From NCBI RefSeq assembly GCF_037042905.1, contig NC_087251.1, positions 25,856,001-25,920,000 on the forward strand: 64,000 nucleotides of DNA, written 5' to 3'. Positions 56,001 through 63,376 of this stretch are shown in pieces. The notes under the pieces are model-generated. The model made no database searches and was not told the DNA's origin. It worked only from the letters and a program-made list of their open reading frames with translations. The DNA is from Lytechinus pictus (Eukaryota). The position numbers and the translations under genes are program-made. Numbering within the stretch: position 1 is the first letter of the stretch; each line of letters opens with the position of its first letter.

Positions 56001-59000
56001 CCTTGTCACTACATCTGAAAATGCACGTAAGTATACTCACATCTGGCAATGAGGAGATATGGTCACAAACCAGTATGGCACTGCAAATCACAGAGTGGTA
56101 AAAGCTGTCTTATGAGCATAATTTACATATAAATTGTCACTAAAATCAGAATACTTATGAAAAACTGTCATATTCAAGGTGGTATTTGATGTAATGATCT
56201 GTTTTCCTCTTCCTCCAATGCTTTAAATGTTGCATTGTATTTACATCAACATTAATATACAGTCATTGGCCCATCAATTGTCATTCATTCCTGCATATAG
56301 AATCACTTTGTTTAATCTGAAATGACTTTATCTTTGTCTAACCATGCTTGAAAATTTGAAATAACATACTTTGCTTTCCTATTCTTATTACAGCTCAACC
56401 ATGTACTTATAAGGGTATTGTTTACCAACATGGTGAGCATTTTAACGATGGATGTGAGTCTGCCTGTGAGTGCCGAGCTGGAAGAACTATCTGCCGTGAA
56501 CTCTGCCCCAAGACAGAAGTAATTGCATCTGAACTATGCCCAAACCCTAGACAGGTTATCATCAAGGGTGAATGCTGTCCAGAGTGGCAATGTTTTCCAA
56601 ATGGTAGGTAGTTCATATTTTCTGGTACTGTTTCAGTAAAAAATTGAAATTAACACTTATTCAAATCAGAGTAATCATATGCCAAGTGAAAGAAAGTTTT
56701 GCTATAAGGCTATTAAAACTTTTCAAAATGTAAACCCCAAAAACGAATTATTTCAGATTGAAAGCAAAAAGGGGGAAATATCATATTTAGGCATGTGATT
56801 AAATTCCTCTCATCTGAGCACCCATTAATTAATTTTCTTGGTTGAAATTTTAGCTGATAAAGATGTAATACAATAAAATGCCTTAGTTGTGCGGGTTATA
56901 ACTTATCCTGACAAGTGACTTCTAGTATAAGAGTTTAAAGATAAGAGATGATGTTGACTCTTTAAAGTTAACTTGTTCTATCAATGTATAGCACCTGGGA
57001 TTTAAAATGGAAATTCTATATGAGAAAGAGTGTAACGTCATATTAATAGTGAAAACAATCATATTGATAGAATACCAATATCATTGGAATATACATAGTT
57101 AATATGAATAGAAATTATGTCATAAGAGCCAGTATTGGTATAAAGCAAGTCTTACTTTTTAAGACATTTTTGTTTTGTGGAAATTACACTGGTAATTCCG
57201 GTAATTTCCCTTGTAATTCCATTACTTATTATATCCTGCATGTAAGTTGTTTTTTAATGAAAGATTTATAAAGCAGATATATTTTCGAGCATAAAATGGT
57301 AAGGGAGAAAAGCTGGGTACAAACAGCATACAAACACTAAAAAAGTTTGTAACTGACTTATATTACCATGCAAATATACAATTACCCAAAAGTACATCTT
57401 AATCATAATCCTGCATTTTTTTAGATGGTGATTGCAGCCATAGCAACAAGATCTATCAGAATGGAATGGAATGGAGGGAAGGATGCGACCTCAGATGTCG
57501 CTGTCATGATGGGACAGTTTCGTGTCGCAACGTGTGTAACAGCACAACAACCATGCCCAAACAGCTTGAGTGTCCATACCCTGTACAGGTCCGTGTAGCA
57601 GATACCTGTTGCCTGGAATGGGTGTGCTATGATTGTGAGTAAATTCAAAGAATTGTCCCAAAAAATTATCCTATATATTTGCCAATACACTTTTTTATAG
57701 ATTTTTCAATCGTATTTGAAAATTGCTTGCATTCTGGCATACCAGCCAGAAAATCACTTGTGTTTAGAAAGTTGCAGAAATTGATTTTGAACTACACAGC
57801 CACCCATCATTTCTTGTTCCAAATCTATTATTCTTTTAACTGGTATCATTCATATTACAGTTCCTCCAAGCAACAACTTAGCCAGCAAGCCTCTCCCTCT
57901 GCCACTTTCGTTTTTCCTAATCAACATTTCTGTAACCAACACATCAGCTAGAAGTGCGACTATTAGGTGGCCTGGACTGACAGATCTGCAGAGACAGTAT
58001 ATCGGACAGTTCCGACTCAAGTACAGAGAGCTTACCTATGGTGGCAAACCATGGAACAGTACAGTGTCTTTCAGGTAAAGTATGGGTTTTGCAACCTTAC
58101 GCTCTAGGATAGTTTGCACATCAAAACACAAAAGAATTTAAAGAGAATATTGAGCGAAAATGCTGTTGAACAAAAATATTACATCAACCACATATCACAG
58201 ACGTGAATAAGTTTTTTCACATTCTTTACAACCTCAAAATCTCAATCATGGATTAATCCAAGAAATGTTAATTTGACTGGATCGTCTTGGATGGTTAATT
58301 AGTACATGTTTTATTTCATGATGCCCTCCACAAATTGTTCCAGTGACAATTTTACTGTAAAAAAAAATTGCATCAAGTCTAGTGTCTGCAGCCACAACAT
58401 TTTGCCATCAATTGCTCCCATCCTAGCTGCTCTTATGGCAAATGCCATGAACTTAATTTGCTACAATAACATTTTACTGTGAACAAACATTCTTTGACAT
58501 CAAATGCTTTGACCCTTATATTATCTGACCACATAGTATCAGACACTGGCTGCCATGAGCACCAACATATAGATTATTGTTGCTGCTACCACAATAGGTT
58601 GAGCACCAAGTGCTCTTACCACTGTTACTAAAGCCACAATATCTTGCTGGTCAAATGTTCTGGCCATAGAAACTTCACCACACAAGTTTGCAGACAGTCA
58701 GTGCTCTGACCACTGTTGCTTTTATTGTGTCATTCAGGCACTAGCTGTATCACCAGTTACCTTGATATCATGATCTTGAAAGCTATTGCTTCACTAACAG
58801 CAGCTTCGACCACAAGTTTTGGACACCCTTTACTTTGACCACTGATTGCATAATCTCAGATACTAATTATTATGAGGATTGAGGAGCACCAAGAATACTG
58901 TTTTATGGGGAAATGAAGGCTGGGTGATTTTCAGGTTGAATGAAAGTTGCATTCTGTCTTAAAGTAATGGTAAGTGAAATATGGTGCATTAATGACAAGA

Positions 59001-62000
59001 AAAGAAATTTCAATGAAATCCAATAAATTTTAAAAAAATTATTGCCTCAATTTTGTTTAGGCCTGAGCTGCGAAAGTATACCATCTTAGACTTACGTCCA
59101 GCTAGGAGCTATGTTGTACAGCTTGTTGTTTTGGTTGGCTCATCAAGTGCTCAGGTCGGCATCCATCTACAGACGAGTAAAATTGAAGTCGATACACTCT
59201 GGCTACCATGTAAGTGATCACTACTACTTCAGCATTAAAAGGGGAAAACTGTATTTTGTCAAGATTTTATAAAAGTAGGATAGTCAACTCTCCTAACATT
59301 GTTCTACTCATTTAATACTAATGTATTTATACCCTATTTGTGAACAAGGGGATAGACCTTTTGACTTGATGATATTTTATATGTGTTACTCATTTTATAA
59401 TGTTGTTATTGTAAATAAATAGGTATTGTAACTGTTTTCACTATACTTTATACACAGTTTATGGAACCACTCAATGTTAATATTTTAAATTGAAGGATAA
59501 TAATATTTGTTAATTCAAAAATGTATGTAACAAAATATTCAAGATTCAGATTATTATTGCATACTACATGTATTATCGTAAAGATTTTAAAGATTAAAAA
59601 GCTATTATAATAATAATTCAATCCAATATATGCACCATTTTATGTATTCATACAGTAATACACTACAGTTTTAATCGTAAGATAATGTTCAAATGATGGG
59701 ACAAATTTCCTTGTTTCCACCATTTTTCCCAGATTCATTTATTTTAGATCTAAATTCATTCTTATTCTTTCCTCAGCCATCCCATACCCAGGAGATGCAT
59801 TTGACATTGAGATCTATGAAGTCACAATGACCACAGCATCCATTAGGTGGTCGGCATTACCAAGGGAAATCATTTCTCACATAGTTGGCTGGCGACTCAT
59901 GGTTGTATCAAAGGTAATTGGAATATTCAAGTGTATAACAATATTATGGATACATTCATTTCAATAGGTGTGGGATACTGTTGAGGTTTTTAGTTTGATA
60001 CAGTTTTTACTTCAGCTGTGTCTATACATGAATGCATATATCCATTTAATATTTGTTTCCATCTTCTGATTTATTTTGCTTTTCATATGTTTTTGTGACT
60101 TGAAAATAAGAAAACTGTGCCATAATCATTTTCTTATTTCTTTTAAAAAATATTTTATTGCATTTTATAAGTTTCTCATCTCTTTCCACCCTTTATTAAA
60201 CATCTTTGATTCGTAGTATCACATTAGTATGAAAGAGTAAGACACATTTTAAAGTTTTGGATCATATATGTTTTATCTTTTGGTGGTTTAAGGATCGATC
60301 TCTCACATTAAGTAATGTATTATATTTATTGTATTTATATTCTGTAATACATGATAGTTTAATATTATTTATCCACCAATTTCAAATGTATTTTTTATAT
60401 TGATTAGTACAAGTTCTCTTCAAAATGTGTGAGTGGGTGAGGGTGTGGTTTTTTTTTGTAAATCGTCTGTCATCAATCACTCAATGAGCAGTGGAACTGC
60501 CATGGTCAGGTGGTCTTTATACCTGATCCATCACATGAAAGTCCAGGGTTCAGTCCCCAAAACTAGGGCCCTTGAACAAGGCTTTTCATCTACAATACTC
60601 TTTTATAATAAATTGCATCATATGAAACTGTACGTTTGGCATTGTGAATGGTAGTAACAAGTGTATGAATATATGGAGTGTGTGAGGGTGGTTAATAGTC
60701 ATTAGGGATGGTGTTTATGGGTGTGAATAAATCGAGTGTGAGCATGCATGAGTGCATGAATGTCAGTGGGGGTACATGTGTGGGTGTGGGTGTGTGAGTA
60801 AGTTTTAATTGGATAACAATCCTGTTACACCAGAATGTCATCATCTTCAACCAAATGGTTACCAAAGAAAAAGAAAAGTGTATTTTATCTTGTGATATAT
60901 TGGAAATATAACCTGAACTTGAAACCACATATTTCTTTCCCACACTAGGACGAAAGCCGAGTATTGGAATCTGAGATAGTAGAACGTTCAGCTCTGTCAT
61001 ACATAATTCGCAACTTGACAGAGGGCGAAACATATCACATACAGCTCCTTGGTCTTTGGGACAATGACACTGTCACTCGAGAAGTACGATCCAAGACTGT
61101 ATCAATTACCACCCACAAACTGTTTAATAGTAAGTCATTTGATATCATTTATTTGTAGCATTCACATATGAGCAGCAACTGAATTTCAAGTTGTTTGTTC
61201 TTTCTTTTTTCTTTGCCTATGCCTTGTGAAATTATCTAAGTTTGTTTCCTCACTTTTATAAATTTTTGCTTTTCTTTGATGATGCAAAAATCATTTGACG
61301 TTTTCCAAAAGATAATAATAATTTTCATTCCCAAGTAAAAGTACAGATTTTTTTTTTTTTTACAAACAAACCCTATGTACGGGAATCAATATCTGGTTCA
61401 TACATAGTCAAGTCTAATTTTCTCCCACCATTATTAACATTTTTCTGCAGCTCAGCATAAACGAGGACTATCATCGCCCATGTCAGCGATTATCGGTACG
61501 ATCATCGCCCTCTGTGTCTTCCTGGTGGTCGTTATTGCTTTCATCTATATGAGGATTAAGAAGAGACATTCAGAGAGGTATGATGTGTATGGCAGAAATG
61601 CAACGATTAACTTCAGACCATCCAACTATGAACACGTCTATGAAGGGACACACGAAAATGATGTAAGTCTCTATGTTAGTTTTAATATTTCTCTTTAAAG
61701 GGGGAATTCACCCCAACATTAAGTTGGTAATTATAAAAGGAGATAAACATAAACATATTAACAAATATTTGGCAAAAATCCATCAAAGAATTACTAATTT
61801 ATCAATGGATCAGAATTAGAGTTCTAGTATTTTGAGGTCAGCTGCTTATTATTTGGTTAAAAAAGGAACATGAATTGGTCCAAATTCTTAATTCAGTTGA
61901 GTTGTTATCATTCATTCTCCCCTCCGATTACATTTGTTTACTACAATTATTAATATTTTTTTCAGATGGGCTGCAATATTCTGTTTCAAATCATTCTCAA

Positions 62001-62350
62001 TGCTGCATGAGGCATTGTATATTTATGAAAATTGATGGTAAGGTATTGAAGAATTCTAATGAAAAAATATATACTTTAAGTCTAGTAAAGTCAAGTTAGA
62101 TAACAGTTGTCTTCTTTCTTTTCTTATAATTAATTGAGGTATAAACCTTGGATATTTCTGTTTATCGATCACATATTCCATATGTTATTTCTGGGCCTTA
62201 TAAATTCATGATTTTGATTAATCATTTATCACATTTCTCTCTTATGTTTCATTTCTCATTCAGGAACAGCACAGCGAAAGACGGTTCAGCGATGCAGGTC
62301 TGTTAGAAAGTGGTAGAAGAGACAGTGAAGCTGAACTATTGGACATTTGA
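758..62350 (+). CDS. Spliced 17-exon gene for a type I membrane protein, SP-IGFBP-FN3-(VWC)4-FN3-(VWC)2-FN3-FN3-TM-tail, ~1116 aa (Sas-like / CCN-module-bearing receptor)
   Basis: Exons joined manually. All 16 introns are GT..AG with matching phases. Summed CDS is 3351 nt (1117 codons including TGA) with no internal stop. An alternative in-frame ATG lies at 725. Extra exons hidden in the 37-kb intron 1 cannot be excluded. Confidence 0.88.
4023..4379 (+). mobile_element. tRNA-derived SINE
   Basis: A box (TGGTGTAGTGG) and B-box-like GTTTGAATCCC. Central block CTCGACCCAGGTG..AATGGGTACC shared with other copies. (ATT)n tail. Confidence 0.85.
4561..4820 (+). mobile_element. tRNA-derived SINE
   Basis: A box TGGTCTATTGG, B box GGTTCGATTCC, same central block, AT-rich tail. 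Confidence 0.85.
4939..5242. mobile_element. MITE, PIF/Harbinger-like
   Basis: Imperfect TIR GGCCTGTATTCTG / CAGAATAAGGGCC with TAA-like flanks. Confidence 0.55.
6276..8831. mobile_element. Foldback-type non-autonomous DNA transposon with ~700-bp modular TIRs (TGT..ACA ends)
   Basis: Ends TGTTGCACCCACAAATGTAATAA / TTATTACATTTGTGGGTGTAACA. About 7 copies of CCCACAAATGTAATAA per end. Inner repeats of TTTTCCAGACCCGGTTA. Inserted in a G-run. Confidence 0.85.
9663..9788. mobile_element. Short MITE
   Basis: TIR CAGGGGCCCGTAACAC / GTGTTACGGGACCCTG. Confidence 0.65.
11663..11967 (+). mobile_element. hAT-like MITE, family A (internally rearranged copy)
   Basis: Ends CACTGGCGTACC / GGTACGCTAGTG. Flanks GAGGGGGG / GAGGGAGG (8 bp, 1 mismatch). 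Homologous to the copies at 38855 and 42039. Confidence 0.75.
12170..12366. repeat. (CTA)n / (CTG)n compound microsatellite
   Basis: Directly visible trinucleotide runs. Confidence 0.9.
12372..12565. mobile_element. MITE with CAC..GTG ends and TA flanks (CACTA/EnSpm-like)
   Basis: TA|CACTCTAAAAA ... TTTTTAGAGTG|TA, with internal inverted TTTACCCAATATTGG motifs. Confidence 0.7.
14634..14805. mobile_element. MITE with 5-bp TSD
   Basis: TIR CAGGGGCCGCGGAA / TTCCGCGGCCCCTG, flanked by TGTAA on both sides. Confidence 0.78.
15495..15958. repeat. CpG-rich repeat with an internal ~132-bp tandem duplication (probable DNA transposon remnant)
   Basis: Two diverged copies of a unit rich in GAGACGTC/GACGTCTC starting ~15532 and ~15664. 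Confidence 0.55.
18026..18920 (+). mobile_element. Non-autonomous hAT element, family B
   Basis: Ends CAGTGGCGTA / TACGCCACTG. Perfect 8-bp TSD ATTGTGTA. Internal GCGAGCGCGAAGCGCGAGCTG repeats. Confidence 0.88.
19886..20487. mobile_element. Non-autonomous TTAA-targeting element with AGG..CCT ends (Kolobok-like)
   Basis: TTAA|AGG...CTTCGGGCTGAAAAT ... ATTTTCAGCCCAGAG...CCT|TTGA, plus subterminal inverted GAAAATTTCATCAAAATCGGA. Confidence 0.72.
21576..22571 (-). mobile_element. Non-autonomous hAT element, family B (opposite orientation)
   Basis: Reverse-complement homology to 18026-18920. Perfect 8-bp TSD ACGAAAAC. Ends CAGTGG / CCACTG, with a deletion just inside the left end. Confidence 0.85.
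23759..24057. mobile_element. MITE with CAC..GTG ends and TA flanks
   Basis: TA|CACTGAAA...GGTGTTA ... TAACACC...TTTGCAGTG|TA. Confidence 0.55.
24910..25198. mobile_element. MITE (hAT-like ends)
   Basis: TIR ATGGCCGTCA / TGACGGCCAT with G-run/C-run subterminal tracts. TSD imperfect. Confidence 0.55.
25737..26512 (+). mobile_element. Non-autonomous Tc1/mariner-like element
   Basis: TA|CAGTGCGGATAAAAAAA..TTTACACTT ... AAGTGTAAACTTTTTTTGATACGCACTG|TA. Second copy at 63377. Confidence 0.85.
26558..26852 (+). mobile_element. tRNA-derived SINE, apparently full length
   Basis: A box TGGCCCAGTGG, B box GGTTCGAATCCC, shared central block, (ATT)n tail, possible TSD ATGCTT. Confidence 0.88.
27415..27577. 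mobile_element. Palindromic MITE (Harbinger-like)
   Basis: TACCTCAGTCACATTT...TACGGCGGCCG / CGGCCGCCGTA...AAATGTGACTGAGGTA. Confidence 0.75.
28242..28661. mobile_element. MITE (Harbinger-like)
   Basis: TIR AGCCCCCATCACACTTATTC / GAATAAGTGTGATGGGGGCT with ATA/TTA flanks. Confidence 0.78.
35490..35670. mobile_element. MITE with CAC..GTG ends and TA flanks
   Basis: TA|CACTCTTAAAACGTTCGGCAACATACTGTCCACAC / GTGTGGACAGTATGTTGCCCAACATTTTCAAGAGTG|TA. Confidence 0.78.
38539..38699 (+). CDS. Exon 2: FN3 domain 1, first half
   Basis: Pyrimidine tract + TAG acceptor. KMNLQVRSSTANSINLSWNSF...GHYVVYYTT...SWPGQIE. Donor GAG|GTTTGT; phase 1 to 0. Not in the ORF track. Confidence 0.88.
38778..39580. repeat. 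(TAG)n microsatellite tract interrupted by a MITE, with an internal duplicated block
   Basis: Long GTA/GAA runs. The block GTCGTTGTCGTCGTAGTGGCTGTAGTCATCGCCGCCGCTGTA occurs twice. Confidence 0.9.
38855..39111 (+). mobile_element. hAT-like MITE, family A
   Basis: CAGTGGCGTACCT / AGGTACGCTAGTG, inserted into the (TAG)n tract. Confidence 0.82.
40599..40843. mobile_element. Near-palindromic MITE with CAC..GTG ends
   Basis: Long TIR including GTGTTAATTTAA-ACCAGTCCGGAATCTAT...ATGACCACA and its reverse complement. TT flanks. Confidence 0.75.
41107..41251 (+). CDS. Exon 3: FN3 domain 1, second half
   Basis: CAG acceptor. AGNKTQTSIRNLKESTDYYFRVSY (FN3 L-x-x-x-T-x-Y-x-F-R-V motif). Donor G|GTGAGA; phase 0 to 1. 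Confidence 0.92.
42039..42367 (-). mobile_element. hAT-like MITE, family A (reverse orientation)
   Basis: Reverse complement of the 38855 copy with an extra internal unit. TSD ATCTTAGT / ATCTTAGC. Confidence 0.85.
44394..48310. mobile_element. 3.9-kb near-palindromic non-autonomous DNA transposon, TAG..CTA ends, 3-bp TSD AAG (Academ-like)
   Basis: AAG|TAGTAGACTTGTTAA ... TTAACAAGTCTACTA|AAG. Arms ~44394-46293 and ~46506-48310 are reverse complements along their length. Spacer ~210 bp. No transposase ORF. Confidence 0.85.
48314..48650. repeat. GA-rich low-complexity polypurine tract
   Basis: Almost only A/G on the + strand. Continues the purine tract left of the 44394 element. Confidence 0.85.
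50123..50365 (+). CDS. Exon 4: VWC domain 1
   Basis: 10 Cys: CEHDNRHYDEG...CDSVCDCLLGSWICRPRGCP...NC...ECCTMIKC. 243 nt, phase 1-1, donor CAG|GTAGGA. Confidence 0.93.
50934..51149 (+). CDS. Exon 5: VWC domain 2
   Basis: 10 Cys: CIDGGVLRVHGETYYRGCDEVCFC...TCPHP...GECCPHWSC. 216 nt, phase 1-1, donor GTAAGT. Confidence 0.93.
51625..51834 (+). CDS. Exon 6: VWC domain 3 (strongly CCN-like)
   Basis: CELNGNTYEDGEFFDVDCSMRCQCLSGSVRCVPRCP...NCPNPKMVQLPGECCLQWECEQP. 210 nt, phase 1-1. Not in the ORF track. Confidence 0.93.
52061..52168 (+). mobile_element. 5'-truncated SINE (3' part only)
   Basis: Matches the 3' end of the 4561 SINE (GCGCACC.GAATCG.TAGAC..AGCAAGGTGGATACGTGCGCTATA). Confidence 0.75.
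52631..52867 (+). CDS. Exon 7: VWC domain 4
   Basis: 10 Cys: CLYHG...DCDSRCLCDRGTLMCMPMC...LCPHP...DCCRVIAC. 237 nt, phase 1-1, donor GAG|GTATGT. Confidence 0.92.
53059..53234 (+). CDS. Exon 8: FN3 domain 2, first half
   Basis: SPNVVQDVSVLAFNMTAITVGFTPP...DGYIIYYT. CTGCAG acceptor, donor AAG|GTACGT; phase 1 to 0. Confidence 0.92.
53320..55399. repeat. Intronic minisatellite, ~61-64-bp unit, roughly 33 copies
   Basis: Unit consensus CCACCATATTAGTAATGAAAGGATCTCTAGTCATTTAGATGGTTTGGGTTGTATCCCACTGCTG, head-to-tail with no unique spacers. Confidence 0.95.
55475..55737. mobile_element. MITE (Harbinger-like), degenerate
   Basis: AGGCCCTGTCACATCATTCCGTGCAA / TTGCATGGAACGATGTGACAACTCCT. Internal TTTGAACATGCTCAAAA motif similar to the 28242 element. 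Confidence 0.6.
55837..56026 (+). CDS. Exon 9: FN3 domain 2, second half
   Basis: DFPLGVEIRGHIMMEINNLLQETTYYLKIRVS. Strong pyrimidine tract + CAG, donor GTAAGT; phase 0 to 1. Confidence 0.91.
56394..56603 (+). CDS. Exon 10: VWC domain 5
   Basis: CTYKGIVYQHGEHFNDGCESACECRAGRTICRELCP...LCPNPRQVIIKGECCPEWQC. 210 nt, phase 1-1. Confidence 0.93.
57425..57634 (+). CDS. Exon 11: VWC domain 6
   Basis: CSHSNKIYQNGMEWREGCDLRCRCHDGTVSCRNVC...ECPYPVQVRVADTCCLEWVC. 210 nt, phase 1-1, donor GTGAGT. Confidence 0.93.
57861..58074 (+). CDS. Exon 12: FN3 domain 3, first half
   Basis: ...NISVTNTSARSATIRWPGL...IGQFRLKYREL...W. Donor CAG|GTAAAG; phase 1 to 2. Confidence 0.9.
59061..59209 (+). CDS. Exon 13: FN3 domain 3, second half
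   Basis: PELRKYTILDLRPARSYVVQLVV (FN3 L-x-P-x-x-x-Y motif). TTTAG acceptor, GTAAGT donor; phase 2 to 1. Confidence 0.91.
59777..59913 (+). CDS. Exon 14: FN3 domain 4, first half
   Basis: IPYPGDAFDIEIYEVTMTTASIRWSAL...IVGWRLMVVSK. Donor AAG|GTAATT; phase 1 to 0. Confidence 0.9.
60490..60595 (+). mobile_element. Highly degenerate SINE head
   Basis: TGGTCAGGTGG ... GGGTTCAGTCCC ... CCCTTGAACAAGGC resembles A box, B box and the start of the core. Confidence 0.35.
60949..61129 (+). CDS. Exon 15: FN3 domain 4, second half
   Basis: SALSYIIRNLTEGETYHIQLLGLW...SKTVSITT. Donor GTAAGT; phase 0 to 1. Confidence 0.91.
61451..61662 (+). CDS. Exon 16: transmembrane helix + proximal cytoplasmic tail
   Basis: AIIGTIIALCVFLVVVIAFIYM followed by the basic stop-transfer RIKKR and a tyrosine-rich tail. 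Donor GAT|GTAAGT; phase 1 to 0. Confidence 0.92.
62264..62350 (+). CDS. Exon 17: C-terminal cytoplasmic tail and stop
   Basis: Long pyrimidine tract + CAG. EQHSERRFSDAGLLESGRRDSEAELLDI*. Phase 0 matches exon 16. Confidence 0.85.
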   Translation, partial: EQHSERRFSDAGLLESGRRDSEAELLDI

Positions 62351-62366
62351 ATGGATCTTCACCACA

Positions 62367-62790
62367 GGGGGCGTTTCATAAAGCTGTTCCTAATACGTTA
62401 AGCATGACTATGTTGACCTGTGTGCCATTGCATAACAATTACTATAATGGTAATTATGAGGGTGATGGTGCTCATTATATAGCCAATTAAAATTAAAGAT
62501 GCCTTGGAAGTAACCATATTAGTAACTTGTATATAATGTGGCCCTCTTCTTATGATACATGAACTTCTTAAAATGTGTCCTGTCTAATGAAATGTGAGTG
62601 ATTTTCCTAATCAAATATTGACTGATGATAAACTTTGCATTGAAACTGTGCTTGTTTACAAGAATTTGAAGAGATGAAGACCGAATTTCATGCTATTTCA
62701 TGGGAATCAAATAAATTGAGAATCTGATTTGATAGCCCAAAATGTCACCAGTCATGGGTCTCTTATGAACAGCTTTATGAAATACCACCC
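62367..62790. mobile_element. MITE-like TIR pair in the 3' UTR
   Basis: GGGGGCGTTTCATAAAGCTGTTC / GAACAGCTTTATGAAATACCACCC. Confidence 0.65.
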
Positions 62791-62795
62791 TTGAA

Positions 62796-62801
62796 AATAA
62801 A
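62796..62801 (+). promoter_or_regulatory. Candidate polyadenylation signal AATAAA (another at 62710)
   Basis: AATAAA downstream of the stop, followed by the GT-rich TGTCTGTTT. AATAAA is common in AT-rich DNA. Confidence 0.3.
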
Positions 62802-63376
62802 TGTCTGTTTGGGATGATATGATTGCCAAATAACAATTCAGAAGGACATAATAGAATTCACATATTATAAATATCTTTGTTTATTTATTTATTTCCAACA
62901 CTGCTTAACTGCAGCAGATTGATTCATTTCTATTTTTAAGGCAATTTCTAAAGTAAAACAAGTGTAATTGATTAATGAAAAAAAGCAAAGAAAATTCATT
63001 GATAGCGATGACCAACATGAAATGTATATATGCAACGTTTTATTCATATCAAAGGCTTTGGATTTTTGCATACCTTGGGTTATCATTTTGGCAAAGGATG
63101 CCCCCTGGCTACTGTCAGATGGAGTGCAATAAAGGCTTGTTTAAAAAGAAAAACACTTAAAAACAGACCCTCCAAAGTAGAAACTACTGGCAAAGAAACT
63201 TGGGATGGGATGTGATTGAAATACTTTCTACAATGTTAGGTATTCAAGGGGGGTGCTGTCTGAAGGGAGTGCCAATCTGCCCTTGCCCGTGTAATGTTTT
63301 TCCTAGATGTCTTGCTAATATGAATTGAAATAATCATTGACTTTTGTCCTGGAGCCATGTAAAAATCTTTAGTATA

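Noticed and set aside
758..62350. Naming the gene CCN, CRIM1 or sas
   Set aside because: It lacks TSP1/CT (CCN) and antistasin repeats (CRIM1), and it has an IGFBP domain and interleaved order unlike Sas. Orthology needs a phylogeny.
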